A DNA stretch of 20,000 nt. Origin: an uncultured Gemmatimonadota bacterium. Lineage in GTDB: Bacteria > GCA-2686955. The position numbers were made by a program, and so were the translations under genes. Below the pieces are notes generated by a model. That model had not been told where the DNA came from. It saw only the letters and a list, made by a program, of their open reading frames with translations, and ran no database searches. The DNA is taken from the NCBI GenBank assembly GCA_964490075.1, contig CAZBBK010000007.1:44383-64382 (forward strand), in the 5' to 3' direction. Positions 1 to 8,687 of this stretch are shown piece after piece (within the stretch, counting starts at the first letter, position 1; every line of letters begins with the position of its first letter).

Positions 1-152
1 TGGCCGTTCAGCACCCGGCTGCCGGTCGCTTCGAAGCCGGCGCGGCGCTGCAGAGGCCGGGGCTCTTCTGGACTGTCGGAGCACGAGAGCGCCAGAGCGG
101 CGAGCGCTCCCGAGAGCAGGATCGCCGGAGCGCTGCTGCGTCCGCGGCTCAT
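1..152 (-). CDS. Putative lipoprotein, N-terminal part only (runs off the window)
   Basis: Not in the ORF track; translated by hand from ATG at 152: MSRGRSSAPAILLSGALAALALSCSDSPEEPRPLQRRAGFEATGSRVLNG. Basic N-terminus, hydrophobic core and lipobox-like ALSC. Shine-Dalgarno AAGGAG lies upstream (gaaggagaatcgaccATG). The frame is open to the window edge. Confidence 0.75.
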   Translation of the reverse strand, partial: MSRGRSSAPAILLSGALAALALSCSDSPEEPRPLQRRAGFEATGSRVLNG

Positions 153-206
153 GGTCGATTCTCCTTCGGATGGCGTTGGGGCGATCTTGGGGTGGGATGA
201 AACGGG

Positions 207-215
207 ACTCTAGCA
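207..215 (-). promoter_or_regulatory. Candidate extended -10 promoter (TGcTAGAGT) for the lipoprotein gene
   Basis: TGn-TAnnnT pattern in a short AT-richer intergenic gap, about 55 nt upstream of the ATG at 152. Confidence 0.35.
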
Positions 216-219
216 AACA

Positions 220-963
220 TCAAGGGCGACGCATCAGACCCCCGAGTACCAGCAACGCCAAAGGCACGACCCACACCAGGCGCAGCGCCGCACGCTCGAA
301 GAGGGCATCGCCGGGACGGTAGGCGGTCGCGCTCGGGAAAGGGGTGTTGTCCTCGGCGCTGGTGAAGACCGCCCGCCAGCGGCGCGCCTCGTCGACCGAG
401 AGGCCGGCCGCCCGGTAGGCGCGAAAGACCGTCTCGGGGCTCCGCTCCAGCTCATCCAGCGAGCAGTCGAAGACCACGCCGTAGTCCGGATCGCAGACTC
501 GCCAGGCGCGGTCGATCCGCACTTCGTTGACCACGTGTCCGCTCAGGGCCAGGATGCGCGACTCGATCCCCTCTTCCTCGAGAATGTTGTCGAGCACGAT
601 CGCGTGCTGAGAGCAGAAGCCGCCGCCGAGGCGCACGGCGCGCGCGCTGTCGATCCACTCGTGGCGTCCGCGGGAGCGTGCGCGCGCCCACAAGAGCCAG
701 TTCTCGAAGAAGGTCGGCCGGGCGTTGCGCGAATCGATCAAGAGGAAGCGATCGCTGATCAGCTCGGTCAGGCGGCGGACGAAGGACTCGGTGGATTCGT
801 CCGGCCGGCGCTCGGCGCGGCGCCAGAACTCGCCAACCGTCACGCTGCGCGGGCGGACGTCGAGGACGTACCAGTCGTCGGCGTCGATCTCGGTGAAGAA
901 GAAGAAACCGATCAGGTTCGCGGCCAGCAAGGCGGCCCCGAGCGCCAGCAACGCGGTGCCCAT
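220..963 (-). CDS. Transglutaminase-like (papain-fold Cys-His-Asp) membrane protein, 247 aa
   Basis: The C-terminal 247 aa of ORF 220..3789, starting MGTALLALG. Motifs GGFCSQHA, SGHVVNEV and WRVCDPDYG match the transglutaminase-like triad order. Hydrophobic segments at both ends. The ATG is 8 nt after the upstream stop codon. The upstream part of the long ORF is a shadow frame. Confidence 0.8.
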   Translation of the reverse strand: MGTALLALGAALLAANLIGFFFFTEIDADDWYVLDVRPRSVTVGEFWRRAERRPDESTESFVRRLTELISDRFLLIDSRNARPTFFENWLLWARARSRGRHEWIDSARAVRLGGGFCSQHAIVLDNILEEEGIESRILALSGHVVNEVRIDRAWRVCDPDYGVVFDCSLDELERSPETVFRAYRAAGLSVDEARRWRAVFTSAEDNTPFPSATAYRPGDALFERAALRLVWVVPLALLVLGGLMRRP

Positions 964-971
964 GCCTCTCG

Positions 972-3746
972 TCACGACCCGCGCCCGCCCGGCCACTCCG
1001 GCGTGGGGTTCAGCACCACCTCGCGCACCACCGCCAGACCGCGGGCGCCGGGCGTCGCGGCGTACTGCGGCCAGAGCCGGATCACCAGGTCGCCGGGGGT
1101 CTCCAAGGGCATTCCCGGCGGTAGATCGAGGACCACGCGGCGCCAGGCCGCGCGCGCTTGCACGGCGCCCGCCCGCTGTCCGTCGACCCAGATCTCGCAG
1201 AGCGGAGCGACTCCGGCGGCACCGGCATGTCCCAGCTCCAGACCGAGGCGGCGCGGACGCGGACCCACCCAGGGAAGACGAATTTCGGCCCCCGACAGGG
1301 CGGCCCTGCCCTCCGACACCACGTGGGAGGGCGGGACGAAGCCGCGGACGAAGGGCCCGTCGCCCTCGCCCAGGCGCAGCGCCAGGCTCTGACGATCTGT
1401 CCCCGGCGTCCCGGCCCGGGCCCGGGCGCCCGACAGGTGGTGCACCCGCACGCCGCCGGCGAAGCGCGTCGATGCGCGCTCCGCGAAGGACCCCAGCAGG
1501 GCGTCGCAGGCCGAGTCGGCGCGCGCGAAGGAGAACTCGGGACGGCCGAAGAGCACGGGCCGCACGTCGACCACCCAGACCTCGTTCACGAAGCGGCTCT
1601 CGGCCGCCGCGGCGGTGCTGCCGAAGAGATCGGTGACCGGCTCCCAGAGCAGCACCCGCCCGGCGCCGCCGGGACGTTTCAGCTCGCGCCACTCCGGGCT
1701 CTGAGTCAGGCCGCTGCCGTCGGCGATCGACTCCGGCGCCAGGTAGGGCTGCAAGGGCAGGGCGAAGTAGGCGGCCGGGGTGACGACCACGGCGTCGCCG
1801 TCGCGCGCGTGGCCGAGGATGTGCCGGGCGGCACCGCGCAGATCGGTCTTGTCGAGGCGCCCCTGCTGCCGCGCCAGGGCGTTCAGGGTCGCCACGCAGA
1901 GGAGCAGGGCCGCCGCCGCGCGCACTCGACCCAGCGCACGCCGGCCGCTTCCGGCGTCGCTCTCCGGCGGCGCCAGGAGCCCGCCCCAGACCAGCAGCAA
2001 GAGCAGCGGCACGAAGTGCAGCCAGTAGCGCGCGGCTACGTAGTAGCCGCCGTAGAGCTCGGCCCGCAACGTCGCCGTCAGCAAGGTCTCGACGGCGGCC
2101 AGGTAGAGGATGCAGAGCCCGAGACCGCTCAGGGCCGGGCGCCCGCGCAAGCCGGTCAGCGCCAGTGCGGCCAGCGTCAGGGCCCCCCAGCCGTAGATCC
2201 GCCCGCCGAAGCCCACCCCCAGCGATGTGCTCAAGAGATAGTTCAAGGCACCGCCATAATCCCAATCCAAAAAATAAGTTCCAACTCTCTGCTGATAGCC
2301 GAGGGAGAGCTCGGTCGCCTGCCCGGAGCTGATCCAGGAGAGGCCGCCGACCGGCAGCAGGAGGAGCAGCGCGAGGGCCAGAGCGAGGGCCAGGGCGGCG
2401 CCGAAGTGCGTCCTCGAGCGCGACCCGGGGAGCCCCGGCAGGAGCGCCGCGCCGAAGAGGATCAGGCAGGGCACGAGGTGGACGGCGTAGTAATGGGTGG
2501 CGCCCGCGAGGCCCAGGCAGGTGCCGAGGGCGAGCGCCCGGGCGCGGCTCGGCCGGCGTGCGATCTCGACCAGGAGCCAGAGCGAGGCGGGGCCGAGGGC
2601 GGTCAGGAGGCCGTAGGGCGAGACGTCCTGCGAGTAGTAGACCGCCAGCGGGGAGAGGGCCACGGCGGCCGCGGCGGCGAGTGCCGCCGGGCGTGGAAGC
2701 AGGCGTCGCCCGAGCAGGTAGGTGAAGGGGACGGCGAGCGAGCCAGCCAGCGCCCCCGGCAGGCGAGCCGACACCTCGGCGACGCCGAAGGGGGCGACCG
2801 TGGCCTTGAGCAGCAACCGCCAGAGCGGCGCGTGCCACTGGGCGCTGCCGCCGGTCTCCAGCAGGGTATGCCAGAAGTCGCGCCGATCGAGACCGGCGAT
2901 CAGGTAGGTGAGCTCGTTGAGCTCCAATGACTCGCGGCCGAGAGCGAGGAGCCTTGGCAGCAGGCCGAGGAGCAGGAGCATGGCCAGGGTCGGAAGCTCG
3001 CGGCGATCGATCAGGGGCGGCGGGCGGTCGGGGATCGGCGCCGCTCCGATCGCCGCGACGCGCGCAGCTCGGTCGTGGGCGATCCAGGCGGCGGCCAGCA
3101 GCAGCAGGGCCAGCGCGACCGCCCAGGCGGCCTGGGGGCCGGCGGCGCGCGCCAGCTCCCGGGGCGAAAACTGGGTCGCCTCGAAGTCGAAGACCGGTTG
3201 GGAGGCGGCTTCGCCCGCGAGGGTGGCGCTCAGCGGCGCCCGCCCGGGCCGGCGCTGCAGGGGCGGCCGCAGGGTGGTGGTGGCGATCCGCCAGGCTTCG
3301 AGGAAGGAGTCGCGGTCGGCGATGGAGGCCGGTGCCAGCCTGAGATCTACGGTCCAACCCGGACGGGCCCGGATCGGCTCGCGCGCCGGGGCGAAGAGAT
3401 CGCCCGGGCTCGGCCCGCCGCTGTCGTCGGCGTCGACCAGGGCGGCCACCCACAGCGGCATGCCGGCCGGGATCGCTTCGACCCGGAAGCGACCCCCGGC
3501 GTCGACCGGGGCGCGCACCAGCGGCTCCTGGTCTGGGAAGGGGCGGCGCAGGTCGGTCGCCGGGTAGACCCAGAGCTCGGCGCCCTCGACGGCGGCGCCG
3601 CCTTCCATCCGGCCCTGCAACATCGCGCCGGCCGCGGCGGCGTCGCCGCGGATCCACGCAATCGCCCCCACGATCGCCAGGCCCAACGCCAGCGCGACGA
3701 GAAGGCCCGGGACCACCGTCCGAAGCCTGGGAGATGCTGTGCTCAT
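972..3746 (-). CDS. GT-C superfamily (GT39/PMT_2/ArnT-like) integral membrane glycosyltransferase with extra N- and C-terminal extracytoplasmic domains, about 924 aa
   Basis: Realistic start MSTASPRLRTVVPGLLVALALG. Motifs RLLALGRESLELNE, HAPLWRLLL, EVSARLPGALAG, SPLAVYYSQDVSPY, THYYA and ARYWLHFVP, plus many TM helices, are typical of PMT_2-type enzymes. The start codon is not certain because there is no clear SD. Confidence 0.8.
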   Translation of the reverse strand: MSTASPRLRTVVPGLLVALALGLAIVGAIAWIRGDAAAAGAMLQGRMEGGAAVEGAELWVYPATDLRRPFPDQEPLVRAPVDAGGRFRVEAIPAGMPLWVAALVDADDSGGPSPGDLFAPAREPIRARPGWTVDLRLAPASIADRDSFLEAWRIATTTLRPPLQRRPGRAPLSATLAGEAASQPVFDFEATQFSPRELARAAGPQAAWAVALALLLLAAAWIAHDRAARVAAIGAAPIPDRPPPLIDRRELPTLAMLLLLGLLPRLLALGRESLELNELTYLIAGLDRRDFWHTLLETGGSAQWHAPLWRLLLKATVAPFGVAEVSARLPGALAGSLAVPFTYLLGRRLLPRPAALAAAAAVALSPLAVYYSQDVSPYGLLTALGPASLWLLVEIARRPSRARALALGTCLGLAGATHYYAVHLVPCLILFGAALLPGLPGSRSRTHFGAALALALALALLLLLPVGGLSWISSGQATELSLGYQQRVGTYFLDWDYGGALNYLLSTSLGVGFGGRIYGWGALTLAALALTGLRGRPALSGLGLCILYLAAVETLLTATLRAELYGGYYVAARYWLHFVPLLLLLVWGGLLAPPESDAGSGRRALGRVRAAAALLLCVATLNALARQQGRLDKTDLRGAARHILGHARDGDAVVVTPAAYFALPLQPYLAPESIADGSGLTQSPEWRELKRPGGAGRVLLWEPVTDLFGSTAAAAESRFVNEVWVVDVRPVLFGRPEFSFARADSACDALLGSFAERASTRFAGGVRVHHLSGARARAGTPGTDRQSLALRLGEGDGPFVRGFVPPSHVVSEGRAALSGAEIRLPWVGPRPRRLGLELGHAGAAGVAPLCEIWVDGQRAGAVQARAAWRRVVLDLPPGMPLETPGDLVIRLWPQYAATPGARGLAVVREVVLNPTPEWPGGRGS

Positions 3747-3860
3747 GCGGGGGCTTGGGGTCCGGACCCTCTTCGGGTGGTGGCTCCACCTTCCGGGCAC
3801 GGGGGCGCTCGAGACGCGGGCGATGCTACTCCGGCCGCGCGGGGGGTGTCGAGGTGGCGG

Positions 3861-3911
3861 GGATCGGCTACCTGGGTCCCGGCAAAGTCGCCGGGACCCT
3901 GGATCGGCTAC
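3861..3911. repeat. 10-bp perfect inverted repeat (hairpin, possible terminator) flanked by an 11-bp direct repeat
   Basis: GGATCGGCTAC at 3861-3871 and 3901-3911. Stem GGGTCCCGGC (3874-3883) pairs with GCCGGGACCC (3890-3899) around a 6-nt loop. It lies immediately after the dehydrogenase stop codon and has no U-tract. Confidence 0.7.
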
Positions 3912-5368
3912 TGCACCACCCGGCTCACCACCTCGGAGACCGCACCCTGCTCGACGGCCTGGATCAGGACCTCGGCTCCGGAGGCGGCCGGCGGGATGGT
4001 GCCGCTGATGCCGGCGACTCCATCGGCGTCGGCGAGCGCGCTGCCGGCGGGCCGCGGCGCCGCCAGTTCCAGGCTGACACCGAGCGGCGGCAGCGGCGTC
4101 TCTCCGGGTCCGGCGACGCTGTAGGCGAAGTAGACCCTGCCGCCGGGCGTGGCACTGCCGACCTCGGCCGAGGCCGATTGCCCGCCCACCAGTGGATCGA
4201 CATCGAGCTCCATGCGTGGCACCACGCGGAAGAGCTCCCCCCCCCGATCGCAGAGGTAGAGATTGCCTGCGGCGTCCTCGCCGAAAGAGGAGATATCGTC
4301 GATCGATCGGCCGCCGCCGGGATCCATCTCGGCGCTGCGCTCGACGTGCTCCACCACCTGGCCGTTCTGGTAGCGGAAGGTCCAGATCTGGGCGCTGCAG
4401 TAGTCGGCGTAGAAGTAGGTGCCCTGGAGGGCGGTCATGGGGCCGCGGTAGACGTAGCCGCCGGTGACCGAGCAGCGGAAGGGGTTGCCGCCGTGGCCGT
4501 ATTCGTGGATCGGCAGCGCCAGGCTGCCGTCGTTGCAGTCGCTCGGCGGGTTGAAGCAGTGGGCGCCTTCCATGAGGCGCCAGCCGTAGTTCTCCCCGCC
4601 CTGGCTGGCGGCGCTCTGGAAGTCGATCTCCTCCCAGAGGTTCTGGCCCACATCGCCGATCCACAGATCTCCGGTGGCGGAATCGAAGCTGTAGCGCCAG
4701 GGATTGCGCAGTCCGAAGGCCCAGATCTCGTCGCGCGGGGCCTCGCCCAGATATGGGTTGTCGGGCGGGATGGCGTAGGGAGGGGCGCGGTTCACGTCGA
4801 TGCGCAGCATCTTGCCGAGCAGGGTGGCGCCGGATTGGGCGCGGTCGCCGGGATCGCCGCCGGCACCGCCGTCTCCGGTGCCGATGTAGAGGTAGCCATC
4901 TCCCGGGCCGAAGGCCAGGTGGCCGCCGTTGTGGTTGGCGAAGGGTTGGTCGATCGAGAGGACCGCCGAGGCGCTGGCGGGGTCGGCGAGGTTCGAATCG
5001 GCTGAGACCTGGTAGCGCTCGATGACCGTATCGCCGCCCAGGTCGGTGTAGTTGACGAAGAAGAGGCCGTTCTGGTCGTAGTCGGGATGAAAGGCCAGGC
5101 CCAGCAACCCGCGCTCGCCGCCACTGCTCACCTTGGCGGCGATGTCGAGGAAGGGGGCGAGGTCGATCTGGCCGGCTCGTACGATGCGGATCCGGGCGCT
5201 GTTCTGCTCGACCACGAAGAGCCGTGCCTGGTCGCCCGGCGGGGCGCCGACGAAGACCGGCGCATCGAGCCCGGCGGTGACCAGCTCGGAGCCGATCACC
5301 AGCGCCGCGGAGGGAGAGGCGCTGGCGAGCAGAGCGAGGGCGAGGACGAGGGGATGGAAGCTACGCAT
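3908..5368 (-). CDS. Secreted PQQ-dependent glucose/sorbosone dehydrogenase family (GSDH beta-propeller) protein with a C-terminal domain of about 100 aa, 486 aa
   Basis: Start MRSFHPLVLALALLASASPSAA (Sec signal). Motifs GERGLLGLAFHP, NHNGGHLAFGP, YLYIGTGDGG, GKMLRIDV, EIWAFGLRNPWRYSFD, DVGQNLWEEI, NYGWRLMEG, SVTGGYVYRG and ISSFGED. Confidence 0.92.
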   Translation of the reverse strand: MRSFHPLVLALALLASASPSAALVIGSELVTAGLDAPVFVGAPPGDQARLFVVEQNSARIRIVRAGQIDLAPFLDIAAKVSSGGERGLLGLAFHPDYDQNGLFFVNYTDLGGDTVIERYQVSADSNLADPASASAVLSIDQPFANHNGGHLAFGPGDGYLYIGTGDGGAGGDPGDRAQSGATLLGKMLRIDVNRAPPYAIPPDNPYLGEAPRDEIWAFGLRNPWRYSFDSATGDLWIGDVGQNLWEEIDFQSAASQGGENYGWRLMEGAHCFNPPSDCNDGSLALPIHEYGHGGNPFRCSVTGGYVYRGPMTALQGTYFYADYCSAQIWTFRYQNGQVVEHVERSAEMDPGGGRSIDDISSFGEDAAGNLYLCDRGGELFRVVPRMELDVDPLVGGQSASAEVGSATPGGRVYFAYSVAGPGETPLPPLGVSLELAAPRPAGSALADADGVAGISGTIPPAASGAEVLIQAVEQGAVSEVVSRVVQ

Positions 5369-5436
5369 GGGAAGGCAAAGGAAGGCCGCGCGGGGGTTCT
5401 TCGCAAGGGATGGGGGGGCGGCGCCCAGGATCGCGG

Positions 5437-6351
5437 TCAGCGCAGCTCCGGCGTTCCCGCCGCCGGCCGACTGGCCTCCGGCAGCAGCTCGGCGATGCGC
5501 CGCCAGACCTCGGCCAGTGCCTGCGCCGGGTCGCGGTCGCCGACTTCGACCGCGCCGCCGATCGTGAGCCGGATCGGCGCGGCGTGGAGCTTGCGCTGGT
5601 GCATCGGGAAGGCTCGCTGGGTGCCCGAGAGCGCGAAGGGGACCAGCAGCGTGGCGGGCTCGGGATAGCGGGCCACGCCGCGCAGGAAGGACCCCAGTCG
5701 GCCCGAGCGCGAACGCCCGCCTTCGGCGTAGAGGAGCGGCAGTTGCCCGCCGCGGCCCAGCGAGCGGGCTTCGCGCAGCGTGGCGATCGCGATGCGCGCG
5801 ATCTGGCGCGGCGGCAGCGCCTCCTCGTTTTGGGCGAGCCGCCCGGACTGGGCGGTCTGCAGGGTGTTGAGTCCGATCGCCGCCATGCGTCGCAGCGGCT
5901 CGGTATAGACCTTGGGTCCGGCGACGAAGACCAGGCGCGCCGCCAGCTCGGCGTCGCTTCCGGCCGCCAGCAAGTGGTCGGTGAACTGGCTGTCGGCGTA
6001 GGAGAGGTGGTTGCAGACCGCCAGACAGGGTCCGCGGTCGAGCGCTTCTCGGAGCCGCGCCCCTCCCTCGACCTGCCACTCCGCCACCACCTCGGCCAAG
6101 AAGACGCGCCCGATCCGTCGCGCCAGGGCGACCGCCGGATAGAGGCGATACTCCTCGCCGACCTCGGAATAGCGGTCGCGGGTCTTGAGCAGGTCGGCGT
6201 CGGACGCCGCGGCGAGAGCCTCGTCGACCGCCTGTCGCAGCCCGCGCAAACGGGACTCGTCGAACGCGACGTGATCGGCCAGCCACTGGGGGATGTTGCG
6301 CCGCAGGCACGACGCGTCCATCGCGCTGATTTCTTCGATGGTGGGGGGCAT
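5437..6351 (-). CDS. Glycerolipid acyltransferase (LPLAT/PlsC-GPAT superfamily), 304 aa
   Basis: Catalytic HX4D motif NHLSYAD, block FVAGPKV, block III YAEGGRSRSG (cf. FPEGTRS) and LVPFALSG. SD AAGGA precedes the ATG. Confidence 0.88.
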   Translation of the reverse strand: MPPTIEEISAMDASCLRRNIPQWLADHVAFDESRLRGLRQAVDEALAAASDADLLKTRDRYSEVGEEYRLYPAVALARRIGRVFLAEVVAEWQVEGGARLREALDRGPCLAVCNHLSYADSQFTDHLLAAGSDAELAARLVFVAGPKVYTEPLRRMAAIGLNTLQTAQSGRLAQNEEALPPRQIARIAIATLREARSLGRGGQLPLLYAEGGRSRSGRLGSFLRGVARYPEPATLLVPFALSGTQRAFPMHQRKLHAAPIRLTIGGAVEVGDRDPAQALAEVWRRIAELLPEASRPAAGTPELR

Positions 6352-6380
6352 GGCTTCCTTTCGGCTTCGCCCTCCGACCC

Positions 6381-8606
6381 CTACAGCGCGTCGATGACCG
6401 CGTTGAAGCAGGCGCTGGGCCGCATCACCGCGCGCGCGCGCTCGGCGTCGGGAAGGTAATAACCGCCCAGATCGACCGGCTCTCCCTGGGCCGCCAGCAG
6501 CTCCTCGGTGATCGTCGTCTCTTGCTCCGCGAGGGCACGCGCCACGCTGGTGAAGCGCTCTTTGAGCTCGGCATCCTCCGACTGCTCGGCCAAGGCCTGT
6601 GCCCAGTAGAGCGCCAGGTAGAAAGTGCTGCCGCGGTTGTCGATCTCGTTCACCTTGCGCGAGGGGTAGCGGGCGTGCTCCAGGTAGCGTCCGACCCCCT
6701 GGTCGAGGGTGCGCGCCAGCAGCGCCGCCCGGGAGCCACCGCTCTGCGCGGCCGCCAGCTCCAGCGCGGGCACCAGGGCGCAGTACTCGCCCAGCGAGTC
6801 CCAGCGCAGATGCCCTTCCTTCAGCAGCTGCTGCACGTGCTTGGGCGCCGAACCGCCGGCGCCGGTCTCGAAAAGTCCGCCGCCCTTCAGGAGCGGCACG
6901 ATCGAGAGCATGCGCGCGCTGGTGCCCAGCTCCAGGATCGGGAACAGATCGGTCAGGTAGTCTCGCAACACATTTCCGGTGACGGCGATGGTGTCGGCAC
7001 CGCGCCGTACCCGCTCCAGGCTGAAGCGCATCGCATCCTGGGGACGCAGGATACGGATATCGAGCCCCTCGGTGTCGTACTCCGGCAGGTACTGCTGCAC
7101 TTTCTTGATGATCTCGGCGTCATGGCCACGCCGCTCGTCGAGCCAGAAGATCGCCGGGCTGCCGCTGGCCCGGGCGCGGGTCACCGCCAGCTTCACCCAG
7201 TCGCGGATCGGCTCGTCCTTGGCCTGGCACATGCGGAAAATGTCGCCTGGTTCCACCGCCTGCTCGAGCAGCGTTCGCGCCTGGGCGTCGACCACTCGAA
7301 TGATGCCTGCGGCCGGGGCCTCGAAGGTCTTGTCGTGGGAGCCGTACTCTTCCGCTTTCTGCGCCATCAGTCCGACGTTGGCCACATTGCCCATGGTCGC
7401 CGGATCGAACTGCCCGTGCTCTTTGGCGTTCTCCAGGATCTCCGAGTACATCGTCGCATAGCTGCGATCGGGCACCATGGCAATGCAATCCTGCAGCTCG
7501 TCGGCTGAGTTCCACATCCGCCCGCCGTCGCGCACCACGTTCGGCATCGACGCGTCGACAATGATGTTGTTGGGAACGTGCAGATTGGTGATGCCTTTAC
7601 GCGAGTCGACCATCGCCAACGCCGGACGGCGCTCGTAGACCGCCGCGATATCGGCCTCGATCTCCGCCTTCTTCTCGGCCGGCAGTCGGTCGAGCTTCTC
7701 GAGCACGTCGGCCAGGCCGTTGTTGACGCATGCGCCGATCTCGCGCAACAGATCGGCGTGCTTGTCGAGGGCCTCGCTGTAATAGACCGAGACACAATGG
7801 CCGAACATGATCGGATCGGAGATCTTCATCATGGTCGCCTTCAGGTGCAGCGAAAGCACAACGCCCTCGCGCTTCGCGGTCTCGATCTGCTCGGCGAAGA
7901 AGCGACGCAGCGCCCTCACGTTCATCACCGCCGAGTCGATCACCTCGCCCGCCTGCAGCACGATTCCCTCCTTCAGCAAGCGCGTCTCGCCGCCCGCGCC
8001 GACGAACTCGATGCGCGCCTCGCGGGGTTCTGTCATCGTGGTGGAGGTTTCGGAGGCGAAGAAATCGTTGTCGCTCATATGCGCCACGCGCGCCCTGGAA
8101 CCCGACTCCGGCCACGGCTGCATCATGCGATGGGGGTGCTTCTGCGCGAAACGTTTCACCGACGCCGCCGGACGCCGATCGGAGTTGCCTTCACGCAGCA
8201 CCGGATTGACCGCCGAGCCGAGCACCACGGCGAAGCGCCGCTGCAGCGCCCGCTCTTCGTCGCTCTTCGGCTCCTCTGGATAGTCCGGGACGTCGTGATC
8301 CTTCTCTTGCAGCTCCTTGATCGCCGCCTGCAGCTGCGGCACCGTGGCGCTGATATTCGGCAGCTTGACGATGTTGGCCGCCGGAGTCTTGGCCAGCTCG
8401 CCGAGTTCGGTCAAGCAATCGGGGACCTTTTGATCGTCTCTCAGGCCCTCCGGGAAGTTGGCCAGGATGCGTCCGGTCAGCGAAATGTCCCTGGTCTCTA
8501 CCTCCACCCCGGCCCCGCGCGTGAATGCCTGAACGATGGGAAGCAGCGCGTGGGTCGCCAGAGCGGGTGCTTCATCGATCTTCGTCCAGATGATTTTGGC
8601 AGTCAT
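6381..8606 (-). CDS. icd: NADP-dependent isocitrate dehydrogenase, monomeric type, 741 aa
   Basis: True start [18 protein letters not shown] with SD GAGGAG. Motifs [79 protein letters not shown] and DNRGS. The length matches monomeric IDH. Confidence 0.97.
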   Translation of the reverse strand: MTAKIIWTKIDEAPALATHALLPIVQAFTRGAGVEVETRDISLTGRILANFPEGLRDDQKVPDCLTELGELAKTPAANIVKLPNISATVPQLQAAIKELQEKDHDVPDYPEEPKSDEERALQRRFAVVLGSAVNPVLREGNSDRRPAASVKRFAQKHPHRMMQPWPESGSRARVAHMSDNDFFASETSTTMTEPREARIEFVGAGGETRLLKEGIVLQAGEVIDSAVMNVRALRRFFAEQIETAKREGVVLSLHLKATMMKISDPIMFGHCVSVYYSEALDKHADLLREIGACVNNGLADVLEKLDRLPAEKKAEIEADIAAVYERRPALAMVDSRKGITNLHVPNNIIVDASMPNVVRDGGRMWNSADELQDCIAMVPDRSYATMYSEILENAKEHGQFDPATMGNVANVGLMAQKAEEYGSHDKTFEAPAAGIIRVVDAQARTLLEQAVEPGDIFRMCQAKDEPIRDWVKLAVTRARASGSPAIFWLDERRGHDAEIIKKVQQYLPEYDTEGLDIRILRPQDAMRFSLERVRRGADTIAVTGNVLRDYLTDLFPILELGTSARMLSIVPLLKGGGLFETGAGGSAPKHVQQLLKEGHLRWDSLGEYCALVPALELAAAQSGGSRAALLARTLDQGVGRYLEHARYPSRKVNEIDNRGSTFYLALYWAQALAEQSEDAELKERFTSVARALAEQETTITEELLAAQGEPVDLGGYYLPDAERARAVMRPSACFNAVIDAL

Positions 8607-8675
8607 TTTCTCTCCTCGGGGTCGTCGAATCAGGCTCCGAGCGCAGCGCGGTCGGGGTGAAAGGGGACATTCGCC

Positions 8676-8687
8676 AAACGTTCGTTT
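8676..8687. promoter_or_regulatory. Palindromic candidate operator AAACG-TT-CGTTT
   Basis: AT-rich inverted repeat overlapping the predicted icd -10 element and start site in the divergent icd/nuclease intergenic region. Confidence 0.4.

Noticed and set aside
2249..2280. Possible dif (XerC/D) site in the AT-rich patch (CACCGCCATAA resembles a XerC arm)
   Set aside because: There is no TTATGTTAAAT-like XerD arm 6 nt away on either strand.
2225..2298. Diversity-generating retroelement variable region
   Set aside because: There is no template repeat or reverse transcriptase in the window, the patch is mid-gene, and the bias is toward T-containing synonymous codons rather than adenine-specific changes.
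964..3789. N-terminal ~940 aa of the 1189-aa ORF 220..3789, which could suggest a giant protein, dual coding or a frameshift fusion with the glycosyltransferase
   Set aside because: It is an R/P/G/A-rich shadow frame typical of high-GC DNA. The GT-C gene has its own stop at 972-974 and the transglutaminase-like gene has its own ATG and signal anchor.
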